From assembly GCA_038245905.1 (NCBI GenBank), contig JBBRRY010000008.1, positions 1 through 64,000 on the forward strand: a stretch of 64,000 nt of DNA. Reading direction: 5' to 3'. The DNA is from Thermoanaerobaculia bacterium. Its GTDB lineage: Bacteria; Acidobacteriota; Thermoanaerobaculia; UBA5066. Shown one piece after another: positions 48,859 to 58,592 of this stretch. The first letter of the stretch is position 1; the number at the start of each line of letters is the position of its first letter. Below the pieces are notes generated by a model. It was given only the letters and a program-made list of their open reading frames with translations, was not told where the DNA came from and ran no database searches. Position numbers and translations under genes: made by a program.

Positions 48859-50951
48859 TACTCGAACCAGCCGTTCACGTCCACGATGACGTCGAGGGGG
48901 CCTGCCGTAGTGTTCGCGATCTTGAAGGCGCCGGACCCGTCCGCCGCGAGCCCGACAAGCGCATTGTTCGCACGCGTCTGTCCGGCGCGGAAGGCAAGCG
49001 TCACCGCATTCGGAGCCGCCGGGAGATCGCCGGGGTAGAGGATCAGCGTCCCGGCCGCGCTCGTGTTCGTGACCGTGACGTTCGCGGACACGACCCGCGC
49101 GCTCGCGGGGACGCCGCAGATGCTCCTTACGTCGAAGCTCCTGATCGCCCCGGCGCCAAGAGGCGGCCCACCGAGCGGTCCTATCGCGCGCCGCGTGTCG
49201 ATCGCGCGGCAGGGCGTCAGCGTATGAAAGGCCGTCGCGCCGGGTCCGGTCGCCGTCGCGCCCGCCGCGACGCCCGTGCTCGCATTCCAGTACGAGCCGC
49301 TTGCACTCGTCTCGAGCCGCACGGCGCGCACGAGATACGTGTAAGTGCCTCCGGCGACGCCCGGGTCGACGAACGATGTTCCGGCGACGAGTGCCGGCGT
49401 GACCCGCGTGAACGGACCCGCGGGACCCGCTCCGCGATAGACGTGGTACCCGGCAACCGTGTCGGTGGAGGCGGTCCACGAAATCGAGGCGCTCCCGGCT
49501 CCGCCGGCCGCGGTCACGTTCGCGGCGGGCGCCACGACGTGCATACGGAGCGTGGGATCGCCCATGAGGGCGATGTGGACCGACGGGCCGTAGCCGTAAA
49601 AGTAAGTCCCCGAATTGTTCTCGGTCAGGCGCGCCGCGTACCCGATCGTCTCGCCCATCGCCATGTGATGCACGTGCCACGCGGGCCGGCCGGCCCAGGC
49701 GCATGTGAGCCCGTAGGTCGTCGTCGCGAGCGGCGCGCGCAGGAAGTCGTTCGAGACGTCCCAGTCGCCGAAGTAGCTTCCGAAGAGGAATGTGAAGGCG
49801 GTCTTCGTGTCCGTCGCCGCGAAATTCGACGTCGAGCCGACCCCGCCGGCGCCCTGATAGTTTCCGCCGCCGCAGCCATACGCCCAGAGATAGCCGTTTG
49901 TCGCGAGCGTCCCGAACCAATCGAGCGCGAAGACGTTTGCGGGCCCGAAGAAGGCCGAGAACGCGCGCCAACCCGTGGACGCGAACGCCTCTCCTCCGAA
50001 CGCGCCGAAGTTGTCGTCGATCAGGCCGCGCGCGGGCAGCGTCCAGGCTTTGACTCTGAAGCCGTGTTCCTTGTTCAGGTACTGCCTGAGGAGATCGCTC
50101 TCCATCTTCGGGGCGAAGGCGGGCATGTCTGCGAGATCGACGCGCCCGACGCCCAGCTCGACCGTTCCACCGGGAGCGGAGCTCTGGTCGAACTTGCCGT
50201 CGCCCGCGACGTTGTTCTGCCGGCCGGTCCCGCCGAGGTTCGAGACGTCCGTCCAGACACCGTCCATGTCGCCGTAGTAGAGGTCCGCGGGCCAGGCCCC
50301 CACGTGATCCCCGTGCCCGTCGGGCGCGAGGCTGCCCGAGTACGGGACGGGCACGTGCCCGAACAGGAAGACGCTGTTCACCCGCGTCGGATCGGTGTCG
50401 TAGTCGGCCTTGATGAGCGCCTTCACGGACGGCACCGTCGCGTTCCGCGCGACGTCGTGGCGGAGCACGGTCCAGCCGTCGGCCGCTAGATCGAGCTGCA
50501 GCCGCGTCAGCTCCGCCGCGAGAGGGGCCGCCATCGTGGCATCGACGACGAGGACGACCTTCCCGCGATCTTCGACGAGCGGGATCTCGATGCCGGTCGC
50601 GACGTACCCGAGGCCCGAGACGCTCGCCGCCCGGACGACCTGATACTCGTACTTCGCCCCGACCGTCACGCCGTTGTCCACGAAGCCCGTCGCCGTCCCC
50701 GGAAGGGTCGCGGCGACCGAGCCCCACGTCGAGACCCCCCACGCCTTCCGGTAGACGGTGTGCTGCGTGGCGCCCGCGAACGCCGGCCAGCTCAGCGTGA
50801 TCCTCGGGGGAGTGCTCTGGACGGCCGCGGTCACCTGTACGGCGTAATCCGCCGTCGCCTGGGCGACGGCCGGCCCGTCCGGCAGGGCGAAGGTCCAGGC
50901 GGCGACGAGAACTCCCACGAGAAGGCGCCTCGTCAGGCGGAAATTGTTCAT
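48858..50951 (-). CDS. Exported FN3-domain protein with C25 (gingipain)-like central region and shared C-terminal domain
   Basis: Signal peptide; two FN3-like domains; LFGHVPVP, ADLYYGDMDG, ELGVGRV, IALMGDPTL; C-terminal FHTLTPCRAIDTR...DVNGWFE. Confidence 0.8.
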   Translation of the reverse strand: MNNFRLTRRLLVGVLVAAWTFALPDGPAVAQATADYAVQVTAAVQSTPPRITLSWPAFAGATQHTVYRKAWGVSTWGSVAATLPGTATGFVDNGVTVGAKYEYQVVRAASVSGLGYVATGIEIPLVEDRGKVVLVVDATMAAPLAAELTRLQLDLAADGWTVLRHDVARNATVPSVKALIKADYDTDPTRVNSVFLFGHVPVPYSGSLAPDGHGDHVGAWPADLYYGDMDGVWTDVSNLGGTGRQNNVAGDGKFDQSSAPGGTVELGVGRVDLADMPAFAPKMESDLLRQYLNKEHGFRVKAWTLPARGLIDDNFGAFGGEAFASTGWRAFSAFFGPANVFALDWFGTLATNGYLWAYGCGGGNYQGAGGVGSTSNFAATDTKTAFTFLFGSYFGDWDVSNDFLRAPLATTTYGLTCAWAGRPAWHVHHMAMGETIGYAARLTENNSGTYFYGYGPSVHIALMGDPTLRMHVVAPAANVTAAGGAGSASISWTASTDTVAGYHVYRGAGPAGPFTRVTPALVAGTSFVDPGVAGGTYTYLVRAVRLETSASGSYWNASTGVAAGATATGPGATAFHTLTPCRAIDTRRAIGPLGGPPLGAGAIRSFDVRSICGVPASARVVSANVTVTNTSAAGTLILYPGDLPAAPNAVTLAFRAGQTRANNALVGLAADGSGAFKIANTTAGPLDVIVDVNGWFE

Positions 50952-51028
50952 CCGAATTGTAGTGAAATGTTCTCACGGGGGCCGAGAGAACGGAAGCGCG
51001 GATAAGATGGGGCGAGCAGAGGGGCGCC

Positions 51029-52426
51029 ATGCCGACACGCATCGAAAAGGACACGATGGGCGAGATCGCGGTCCCGGCCGACCGCTACTGGGGCGCGCAG
51101 ACGCAGCGTTCGCTCCAGAATTTCGAGATCGGCGAGATCCGATTCACACGTCCGTTCATCCGCGCCTTCGGGATCCTCAAGCGGGCGGCCGCCGACGTGA
51201 ACCTGGCCCTCGGGCTCCTCCCTCCGGCGAAGGCGGCGCTCATCGCCGCCGCCGCGGAGGAGGTCGCCGACGGAAAGCTCGACGCTCACTTTCCCCTCGT
51301 CGTCTTCCAGACCGGCAGCGGCACGCAGACGAACATGAACGTGAACGAGGTGATCTCGAACCGCGCGATCGAGCTGGCGGGCGGAGTCCAGGGCTCCAGG
51401 GACCCGATTCACCCGAACGACGACGTGAACCAATCGCAGTCCTCGAACGACACCTTTCCGGCCGCGATGTCGATCGCCGCCGTCTCCGAGATCGAGGAAC
51501 GGCTCCTTCCCGAAGTGAAAAGGCTGCGCGACGTCCTCGACGCCAAGGCGAAAGAATTCGCAGACGTCGTGAAGATCGGGCGCACCCACCTGCAGGACGC
51601 GGTTCCGCTCACGCTCGGGCAGGAGATCTCCGGCTGGGTGTCGCAGCTCGACCACGGCGCAGAGCACGTCCGGCAGGCCCTCCCCCACCTCCTCGAGCTC
51701 GCGATCGGCGGCACGGCCGTGGGCACCGGGCTCAACACGCATCCCGAATACGCCGTGCGCGTCGCGAGGCGTGTCGCCGAGCTGACGGGCCATCCCTTCG
51801 TCACGGCGCCGAACAAGTTCGAGGCCCTCGCGGCACACGACGCCCTGGCCTTCGCCTCGGCGGCCCTCCGCACGCTCGCCGGGTCTCTCATGAAGATCGC
51901 GAACGACGTGCGCTGGCTCGCGTCGGGCCCGCGCTGCGGGATCGGCGAGATCCGGATCCCCGAGAACGAGCCCGGGAGCTCGATCATGCCGGGCAAGGTC
52001 AACCCGACGCAGGCCGAAGCGCTCACGATGGTCGTCGCGCAGGTTTACGGAAACGACGCCGCCGTGGCGTTCGCCGCGAGCCAGGGCAACTTCGAGCTCC
52101 ACGTCTACAAGCCCGTCATCATCCACAACGTGCTCGAGTCGACGCGCCTCCTCACGGACGCATGCCGCAGCTTCCGTCTCCACTGCGCCGAAGGGCTGAC
52201 GGCTGACCGTGCGCGCATCGACGAGCTCGTGAAGAAGTCTCTGATGCTCGTGACGGCCCTGAACCCCCACATCGGATACGACAAGGCCGCCGCGATCGCG
52301 AAGAAAGCGCACCAGGAAGGCCTCACGCTCAAGGAGGCCGCGCTGAAGTCCGGCCACGTCACGTCCGAGCAGTTCGACGCGTGGATCGATCCCTCGAAGA
52401 TGGTGGGGCCTGGCGGAACCGACTAG
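51029..52426 (+). CDS. fumC: Class II fumarate hydratase
   Basis: [46 protein letters not shown]. Confidence 0.97.
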   Translation: MPTRIEKDTMGEIAVPADRYWGAQTQRSLQNFEIGEIRFTRPFIRAFGILKRAAADVNLALGLLPPAKAALIAAAAEEVADGKLDAHFPLVVFQTGSGTQTNMNVNEVISNRAIELAGGVQGSRDPIHPNDDVNQSQSSNDTFPAAMSIAAVSEIEERLLPEVKRLRDVLDAKAKEFADVVKIGRTHLQDAVPLTLGQEISGWVSQLDHGAEHVRQALPHLLELAIGGTAVGTGLNTHPEYAVRVARRVAELTGHPFVTAPNKFEALAAHDALAFASAALRTLAGSLMKIANDVRWLASGPRCGIGEIRIPENEPGSSIMPGKVNPTQAEALTMVVAQVYGNDAAVAFAASQGNFELHVYKPVIIHNVLESTRLLTDACRSFRLHCAEGLTADRARIDELVKKSLMLVTALNPHIGYDKAAAIAKKAHQEGLTLKEAALKSGHVTSEQFDAWIDPSKMVGPGGTD

Positions 52427-52517
52427 TCCCGGGAAGGCCGGGCGCTCTCTACGGATACGAGTCGCCCTCGCCGCCGGCCTTTTCGCAGGTCTCGCGGGGG
52501 CCGCGCCGAACGAGGCG

Positions 52518-53900
52518 ATGTTCGAAGTGCGCGTGCCGGAAGGAATGGTCAGGGGCCGCGTGCGCCTCGAGGCGATGGCGCGCGACAAGAGTGTCGTTTT
52601 CGTGAGGTGGCAGGCCGGCGATCGATCGCGAACGTCCGGCACGCCGTTCGAGTTCTTCCTCGACGCCGGTCCGGTCCCCGAGGAGAAGACCGTGATCGCG
52701 ACGGCGCTCGATCGCGACCACCGCCCGCTGTACCGCGTCGAGACGCTCCTGAACCCGGGAGGCCGGCGCATCGCGCTGCAATTCGTCGTTCCGCTCGACG
52801 GACAGAGCGTGAAGGGAGCCACGACCGTCCTCGTGCGCGCCGCGGCGCCCGCCGGGGAGTCTCTCCGGTCGGTCGCGCTCGACGTGAACGGGCGCGACGT
52901 CGCGCTGACCGGCGACGGGGACTTGAGGAGCGCGCGGATCGATCTCACGGACTCGCCCGCCGTCCTCACGGCACGGGTGACGACGACCCTCGGACGCTCG
53001 GCCGAGCGCGCGATCCTCCTGAACGCCCGCGGGCTCCGGGCCTCCCTAGACGCTCACGTCGTCGAGCAGATGGTCGCGGTCACGAAACACGGCGAGCCCG
53101 TGGACGGTCTCAAGGCGGCGGATTTCCGTGTGTCAGACGACGGGGGACCCTGCGAGATCCGCGAGGCGCGGCTCGTGCGCGACGTGAATCTCGCGATCGG
53201 CGTCTCGATCGACACGTCCCAGAGCCTCCTCTACACGGCGGAGCTGCGCCGCGCGGTCGCGAGCCGGTTCTTCCAGATGCTCGGACCGCGCGACACGGCG
53301 TTCCTGCAGCGATTCGGCGTCACAGTGGGGCACGTTCTCGACTGGACGACCTCCCGGAAGAAGCTCGAGGAGAGCCTTCTCGCGCTCGACGAAGACCCGA
53401 TCCCCGGGACGCTCCTCCATGCGGCCATCGTCGACGCCCTCTACCAGCTCCAGGGCGGAGAAGGCGCGCGGGCGTTGCTTCTCGTCACGGATGGGAACGC
53501 GTTCGAAGACGATCTGCCGGAGAAGGAGGCCCTCGCGTTCGCGCGCCAGGCGGGCGTCCCGATTTTCGCGCTGGCGCTGCCATGGGTCCAGGAGACCGAG
53601 AGACCGACGCGCGTGAAGGATGGGAACGGGAACGTCGTCACGACTGTCACGGTGACGCGGGAAGAGCAGCCGACGAATCGGGCCGTCCTCCAGCGCTTCA
53701 CCGACGCGACGGGGGGCCGCACGTACGTCGTCGGAAACACCGCGGGCCTCCCCGCGCTTCTCGCGACGCTCGAGCGCGATCTCAGGACCCGTTACCTCGT
53801 CTCCTTCGTGAGCAACGCGAAGCGCACGGGCTCGTTCCACCCGGTCGAGATCCTCGCCATGCGCGGCGCCGTGCGCACGGCCGCGGGCTTCTTCTACTAA
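52518..53900 (+). CDS. VWA domain protein with N-terminal Ig-like domains; true start probably upstream and non-canonical
   Basis: MIDAS DTSQS, TLLHAA, VTDG, ATGG, RYLVSF; in-frame signal-like sequence upstream of the ATG. Confidence 0.8.
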   Translation: MFEVRVPEGMVRGRVRLEAMARDKSVVFVRWQAGDRSRTSGTPFEFFLDAGPVPEEKTVIATALDRDHRPLYRVETLLNPGGRRIALQFVVPLDGQSVKGATTVLVRAAAPAGESLRSVALDVNGRDVALTGDGDLRSARIDLTDSPAVLTARVTTTLGRSAERAILLNARGLRASLDAHVVEQMVAVTKHGEPVDGLKAADFRVSDDGGPCEIREARLVRDVNLAIGVSIDTSQSLLYTAELRRAVASRFFQMLGPRDTAFLQRFGVTVGHVLDWTTSRKKLEESLLALDEDPIPGTLLHAAIVDALYQLQGGEGARALLLVTDGNAFEDDLPEKEALAFARQAGVPIFALALPWVQETERPTRVKDGNGNVVTTVTVTREEQPTNRAVLQRFTDATGGRTYVVGNTAGLPALLATLERDLRTRYLVSFVSNAKRTGSFHPVEILAMRGAVRTAAGFFY

Positions 53901-53934
53901 CGAACCGGGAGCGGTCGCCTAGAATCGCGCCTCC

Positions 53935-55455
53935 ATGACCGACATCAGGACCGAAGAGGCCGCGCCCGGCCGCGTCTATCCGTGGTACGTGCTCGCCGTC
54001 CTCGTCCTCGTGTACGTCCTCAACTTCGTCGACCGCCAGATCGTCGTGATCCTGGCCGAGCGCATCAAAGCGGACTTGAAGGTCACCGACGCCCAGCTGG
54101 GATTCCTCTATGGCACGGTCTTCGCGGTCTTCTTCGCGGTCTTCGCGATCCCGCTCGGGCGCCTCGCGGACGCCTGGGACCGGCGACGCCTCATCGCGTG
54201 GGGCACCGCGTTCTGGAGCCTCATGACCGCGCTCTCGGGCCTCGCGCGTGGTTTCGGGCCCCTCGCGCTCGCCCGCCTCGGCGTCGGCGCGGGCGAGGCG
54301 AGCGCGGCACCCGCGGCCTATTCGCTTCTTTCGGACTGGTTCCCGAGGGAGAAGCGCGGGGCCGTCCTCGGAATCTTCTCGAGTGGCATCTTCATCGGCG
54401 CGGGCCTGGGCCTCGGAATCGGCGGCCTCATCGTGGACCGCTGGGACGCGGCTTTTCCGGCGGGCGCAGCACCCCTCGGCCTCCACGGCTGGCAGGCCGC
54501 GTTCCTCGTCGTGGGCCTTCCGGGCCTCCTCCTCGCGCTGTGGGTGCGCACGCTTCGCGAGCCTCAGCGCGGCGGCTTCGGCGCTCCGCCCGTCGTGCGC
54601 CACCCGCATCCCTTCCGGCTTTTCGTGGATGAGATGGCCACCGTGATTCCTCCCTTCACGCTCGTCACGCTCGCGCGCAGCGGAGCGGGGTCGTCGGGCC
54701 TCGCGATCAACGCCGGCGCCGCCGCGGCGCTCGCCGCCGCCGCCGCAGTCCTGACCCGGCTCCTCGGGACGGCGCCCCAGTGGATCGCGCTCGCCGTCGG
54801 GCTCTACTCGGTCTTCTCGTGGGCACAGGGGCTGCGGCTGAAGAGCCGCAGGGATTTCGATCTCGTCTTCCGGAACCCGCCGCTCGTCTTCTCGAACATC
54901 GGCTTCGGCCTCGTGACGTTCGGCACCTACTCCACGAGCCTCTGGATCGCGCCTTTTTTCCTGCGCGTCCACCACCTCGACATCGCGCGGGTCGGCCTGC
55001 TCCTCGGCGGCCTGCTCGCCGCAGGAGGCTGGCTCGGGGCCACGTGCGGCGGCCTCCTCGCGGACGCATGGCACAGGAAGACGCCCCGCGGCCGCCTGTA
55101 CGTCGGCGTCCTGACCGCGGCCCTTGCACTTCCTCTCGGCTTCATCCTGCTTTCGCTCCGTTCGGCGTCGGCCGCGCTCCTCCTGAGTTTTCCCGTGGCG
55201 ATCCTGACCGGTCTCTGGATCGGCCCGGCGGCGTCCACCGTTCAGGAGCTCGTACCGCCGCGCCTCCGGGCCACGGCGTCCGCCGTCTACATCCTCCACA
55301 CGACGTTCCTCGGGCTCGCCCTCGGTCCCTACGCCGTGGGGCGCCTGAGCGTCTTCACTGGAGACCTGAAGTCGGCCCTGCTCCTCGCGTTGCCGGTCCA
55401 GGGGGTCGCCGCGGTCCTCCTTTTTCTCGCCGCGCGGCGAATTCCTCGGGCGTGA
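53935..55455 (+). CDS. MFS transporter (spinster-like)
   Basis: NFVDRQI, GRLADAWDRRR, ARLGVGAGEA, LSDWFPREKR, GGLLAD. Confidence 0.92.
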   Translation: MTDIRTEEAAPGRVYPWYVLAVLVLVYVLNFVDRQIVVILAERIKADLKVTDAQLGFLYGTVFAVFFAVFAIPLGRLADAWDRRRLIAWGTAFWSLMTALSGLARGFGPLALARLGVGAGEASAAPAAYSLLSDWFPREKRGAVLGIFSSGIFIGAGLGLGIGGLIVDRWDAAFPAGAAPLGLHGWQAAFLVVGLPGLLLALWVRTLREPQRGGFGAPPVVRHPHPFRLFVDEMATVIPPFTLVTLARSGAGSSGLAINAGAAAALAAAAAVLTRLLGTAPQWIALAVGLYSVFSWAQGLRLKSRRDFDLVFRNPPLVFSNIGFGLVTFGTYSTSLWIAPFFLRVHHLDIARVGLLLGGLLAAGGWLGATCGGLLADAWHRKTPRGRLYVGVLTAALALPLGFILLSLRSASAALLLSFPVAILTGLWIGPAASTVQELVPPRLRATASAVYILHTTFLGLALGPYAVGRLSVFTGDLKSALLLALPVQGVAAVLLFLAARRIPRA

Positions 55456-55468
55456 TACCTTTTCCTCC

Positions 55469-56047
55469 ATGAAGAGAAACTTTGCCCTCGCGCTCGCCGC
55501 CGCGTTCCTCGCGACCGCCACCTTGAAGGGAGAAACCCCCGTGAAGAACCCGTCTGTCGTCATGAAGACCTCCCTCGGGAGCGTCACCATGGAGCTATTC
55601 GCCGACAAGGCTCCGGAGACCGTCAAGAACTTCCTCTCCTACGTGAACGACAAGCATTACGACGGCACGGTGTTCCACCGCGTCATGGATGGCTTCATGA
55701 TCCAGGGCGGCGGCTTCGGCGCCGACGGCAAGGAGAAGCCGAAGAAATCTCCCATCAAGAACGAGTCGGCCAACGGCCTCCAGAACAAGATCGGCACTCT
55801 CGCGATGGCCCGGACGCCCGACCCGCACAGCGCGTCCGCGCAGTTCTTCGTCAACGTGAAGGACAACTCGTTCCTCGACAAGGCCCAGTCGCAGGACGGC
55901 TGGGGCTACTGCGTCTTCGGCAAGGTGACCGAGGGGATGGACGTCGTGAACAAGATCAAGGCGACGCCCACGACGAACAAGGGGGGCGCGTTCACCAACG
56001 CCCCCGTCACCCAGGTCGTCATCGAGTCCATCCGCCTCGTGCCCTGA
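55469..56047 (+). CDS. Exported cyclophilin-type peptidyl-prolyl isomerase
   Basis: Signal peptide; FHRVMDGFMIQGGG, LAMART, QFFVN, GYCVFGKV. Confidence 0.95.
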   Translation: MKRNFALALAAAFLATATLKGETPVKNPSVVMKTSLGSVTMELFADKAPETVKNFLSYVNDKHYDGTVFHRVMDGFMIQGGGFGADGKEKPKKSPIKNESANGLQNKIGTLAMARTPDPHSASAQFFVNVKDNSFLDKAQSQDGWGYCVFGKVTEGMDVVNKIKATPTTNKGGAFTNAPVTQVVIESIRLVP

Positions 56048-56063
56048 GCTGGACCGTCCCCGC

Positions 56064-57239
56064 GTGTCCAGCGTTCCGCCCCCCGCATATGGGTACGCGC
56101 CGCCGCCGCGGCGGCGCGGCCCGATCCTCCTGCCGCTCCTCGTCGGTCTCGCGGCGGGATGGCTCGTCTTCACCCTCATGCGGCGCGTGCCCGGCGACGC
56201 GCGCGTCGCGCCCGCACCCGACCACCTGAAGGGCGCCCCCGCCGATGCGCGGCCCGTCACGGCGCGCGGCGACCTCGCCGAGGACGAGAAATCCACGATC
56301 GAGCTCTTCAAGCGCTCGAGCCCATCCGTCGTCTACATCACGACGCTCTCGCGGCGGGCGGTCAATTTCTTCGAGATGACCGACGTGCCGCGGGGGACGG
56401 GCTCGGGATTCCTGTGGGACCGGCAGGGGCATGTCGTCACGAACTACCACGTGCTTCAGAACTCCGATTCGTCGGTCGTGACGCTCTCGGATCAGACGAA
56501 CTGGAAGGCGACGGTCGTCGGCGTCGAGCCTGACAAGGATCTCGCCGTCCTCCTCATCTCGGCCCCGGCCGAGAAGCTGACGCCGATCGTCGTCGGGACG
56601 AGCAAGGGACTTCAGGTGGGCCAGAAGGTCTTCGCGATCGGGAATCCATTCGGCCTCGACGAGACGCTCACGACGGGCATCGTGAGCGCGCTCGGGCGCA
56701 CGATCGAGGCCGTCACGGGCCGGAAAATCCAGGACGTCATCCAGACCGACGCCGCGATCAACCCCGGCAATTCCGGCGGCCCGCTTCTCGACAGCGCCGG
56801 GCGGCTCATCGGAGTGAACACCCAGATCGCAAGCCCGTCCGGCGCGAGCGCGGGCATCGGATTCGCCGTCCCGGTCGACACCGTGAACGCCGTCGTGCCC
56901 GAGCTGATCGCGCACGGGCGCGTCGTGCGGCCCCGCCTCGGCATCTCGCCGGCGCACGAGAACGTCGCGCGGCAGCTCGGCGTGACAGGCGTCCTCATCC
57001 TCGGCGTGGCGGACGGTTCGGGCGCCGCGAAGGCGGGCCTCCGCGGTACGGAGCGCGACCGGGACGGTTCGCTGATCCTCGGCGACATCATCGTCGGGAT
57101 CGCCGGAAAGGATGTCGCGAGCTACGACGATCTCGTCTCGGCCCTCGAAAAGCAGAAGATCGGCGACTCCGTGCGGGTGCGGGTCCTTCGCGATAACCGC
57201 GAGACGACCGTCGACGTCACGCTCATGGCATCCCCCTGA
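56064..57239 (+). CDS. HtrA/DegP-family trypsin-like serine protease with one PDZ domain
   Basis: TM anchor; GSGF, TNYHV, DLAV, IQTDAAINPGNSGGPL. Confidence 0.95.
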   Translation: MSSVPPPAYGYAPPPRRRGPILLPLLVGLAAGWLVFTLMRRVPGDARVAPAPDHLKGAPADARPVTARGDLAEDEKSTIELFKRSSPSVVYITTLSRRAVNFFEMTDVPRGTGSGFLWDRQGHVVTNYHVLQNSDSSVVTLSDQTNWKATVVGVEPDKDLAVLLISAPAEKLTPIVVGTSKGLQVGQKVFAIGNPFGLDETLTTGIVSALGRTIEAVTGRKIQDVIQTDAAINPGNSGGPLLDSAGRLIGVNTQIASPSGASAGIGFAVPVDTVNAVVPELIAHGRVVRPRLGISPAHENVARQLGVTGVLILGVADGSGAAKAGLRGTERDRDGSLILGDIIVGIAGKDVASYDDLVSALEKQKIGDSVRVRVLRDNRETTVDVTLMASP

Positions 57240-57693
57240 CGTCCGGGATCGGGGTTGCTGCCTGGGGCTCGGCGATCGGAGGCCCGGCAGGCGGAGGTTC
57301 GGGCGGCGCCCCCGGCCGTGCCGGCGCCTCGAGGACAACGGCTTCGCGCCTGGATGCGACTCGCGCGGCTCCCTCGACGACGCGGCCCACGGACACGATT
57401 CTCCGGCCGCCCGTCGGCAGCTCCTCGACGCGCACCTCGATCTCGCCGCCTTTCACGTTCAGAGGCCCACCCGGCACGTGTCCCTTTTCCATGAGCCAGG
57501 CGCGTGCCCAGTCCACGCCCGAGCGCGCGAGCTCCATCGCATAGCGGTCGTTCGCGCGGCGGCGTGACTCGCGAAGATCCGTCATGAGGATCGATGCGAG
57601 CACCCCGAGAATGAGTCCGAACACTGCGAGTGTCGCGAGGACCAGGATGAGCGAGCTCCCTCGCTCCCGGCGAGCACGGGGTTGATCCCTCAC
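57223..57693 (-). CDS. PilX/GspK-like minor pilin
   Basis: Class III signal RRERG|SSLILVL without Glu5; AMELARSGVDWA; GTGA coupling. Confidence 0.7.
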   Translation of the reverse strand: MRDQPRARRERGSSLILVLATLAVFGLILGVLASILMTDLRESRRRANDRYAMELARSGVDWARAWLMEKGHVPGGPLNVKGGEIEVRVEELPTGGRRIVSVGRVVEGAARVASRREAVVLEAPARPGAPPEPPPAGPPIAEPQAATPIPDVRGMP

Positions 57694-58184
57694 GGCGTCT
57701 TCTCCGTCGGACGGCCGCAGACGAGCGGCAGCAGCTCCGCTCCCGACCCGTCGTTCCAGCACAGGAGGAGCCGGCCGATCGCGAGCTCGTCGGCGTCGAG
57801 AGAGAGCGTCCCGGAGAGCGTCCACGTCGACGTCGCGCTCACGACCTCTCCATCGGGCTTCTTCCTCACGTTCGTCCGCGAGACGACGCCGGACGCCACG
57901 GTCCACGAAACTTCGGGGTCCTCCACGCGGAGCGGCGTTAGATCCAGCCGGAACGCGCGGGCCGCGAATGGAGGCGACAGAACGACCGACGACGCGCGCG
58001 CAAAATCGCCGGAGAGCCGCTCGAAGAGGAGCGGGAACATCTCGACCGACAGCCGCTTCGCGCCGAGACCCGCCTGCTGGCGGAGGAGGCCCGTCGAAAT
58101 GGGGAGCAGCGAGAACATCAGCACGACGCCTATGAGAAGGACGACGGAAAGCTCGGCGAGAGAGAAGCCGCCCCTCCTTCTCAC
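57690..58184 (-). CDS. PilW/GspJ-like minor pilin
   Basis: RRRGG|FSLAELSVVLLI; ERLSGDFARA helix; GTGA coupling. Confidence 0.75.
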   Translation of the reverse strand: MRRRGGFSLAELSVVLLIGVVLMFSLLPISTGLLRQQAGLGAKRLSVEMFPLLFERLSGDFARASSVVLSPPFAARAFRLDLTPLRVEDPEVSWTVASGVVSRTNVRKKPDGEVVSATSTWTLSGTLSLDADELAIGRLLLCWNDGSGAELLPLVCGRPTEKTP

Positions 58185-58579
58185 GGCGGCGGACCCGCCC
58201 CACGAAAGACATAGCCCTCCTGGACGATCCGCCGCTCCATCTTCTGGCCATATTCGATCTCGAGATGGACGAGGTAGAGCCCGTCGACGTCGGTCGACTT
58301 CACCCTCAGGAAGGGGCTTCGCGCGTCGAGAGAGTCCACGAAGGCGCCCGGCCCCGCGAACGGCCGGTGGTCCTTCGGGTAAACGTCGTTCCGGAAAGAC
58401 GACCGCAGGTAGATCCACTCGCTGGCGGCCGCGCGCACGGCCCTGTCGTGGTCGAGACGGTTCCGCTCGAGCGCGCGCCGCCGGGCGAGAAAGCCCGCCC
58501 CGAGCGTCAGGACGATCCCCAGGATCGCGAGGGAGACGAGCGCCTCGACGAGAAAGACTCCCCGCGTCCGATGCGCCAT
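58181..58579 (-). CDS. PilV/GspI-like minor pilin
   Basis: HRTRG|VFLVEALVSLAILG with Glu5. Confidence 0.78.
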   Translation of the reverse strand: MAHRTRGVFLVEALVSLAILGIVLTLGAGFLARRRALERNRLDHDRAVRAAASEWIYLRSSFRNDVYPKDHRPFAGPGAFVDSLDARSPFLRVKSTDVDGLYLVHLEIEYGQKMERRIVQEGYVFRGAGPPP

Positions 58580-58592
58580 CACGCGCGTGACG

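Noticed and set aside
47215-51054. Single 1279-aa ORF in the track
   Set aside because: Only 47215-48858 is the phosphoesterase; the upstream part is an off-frame read-through of the 48858-50951 gene.
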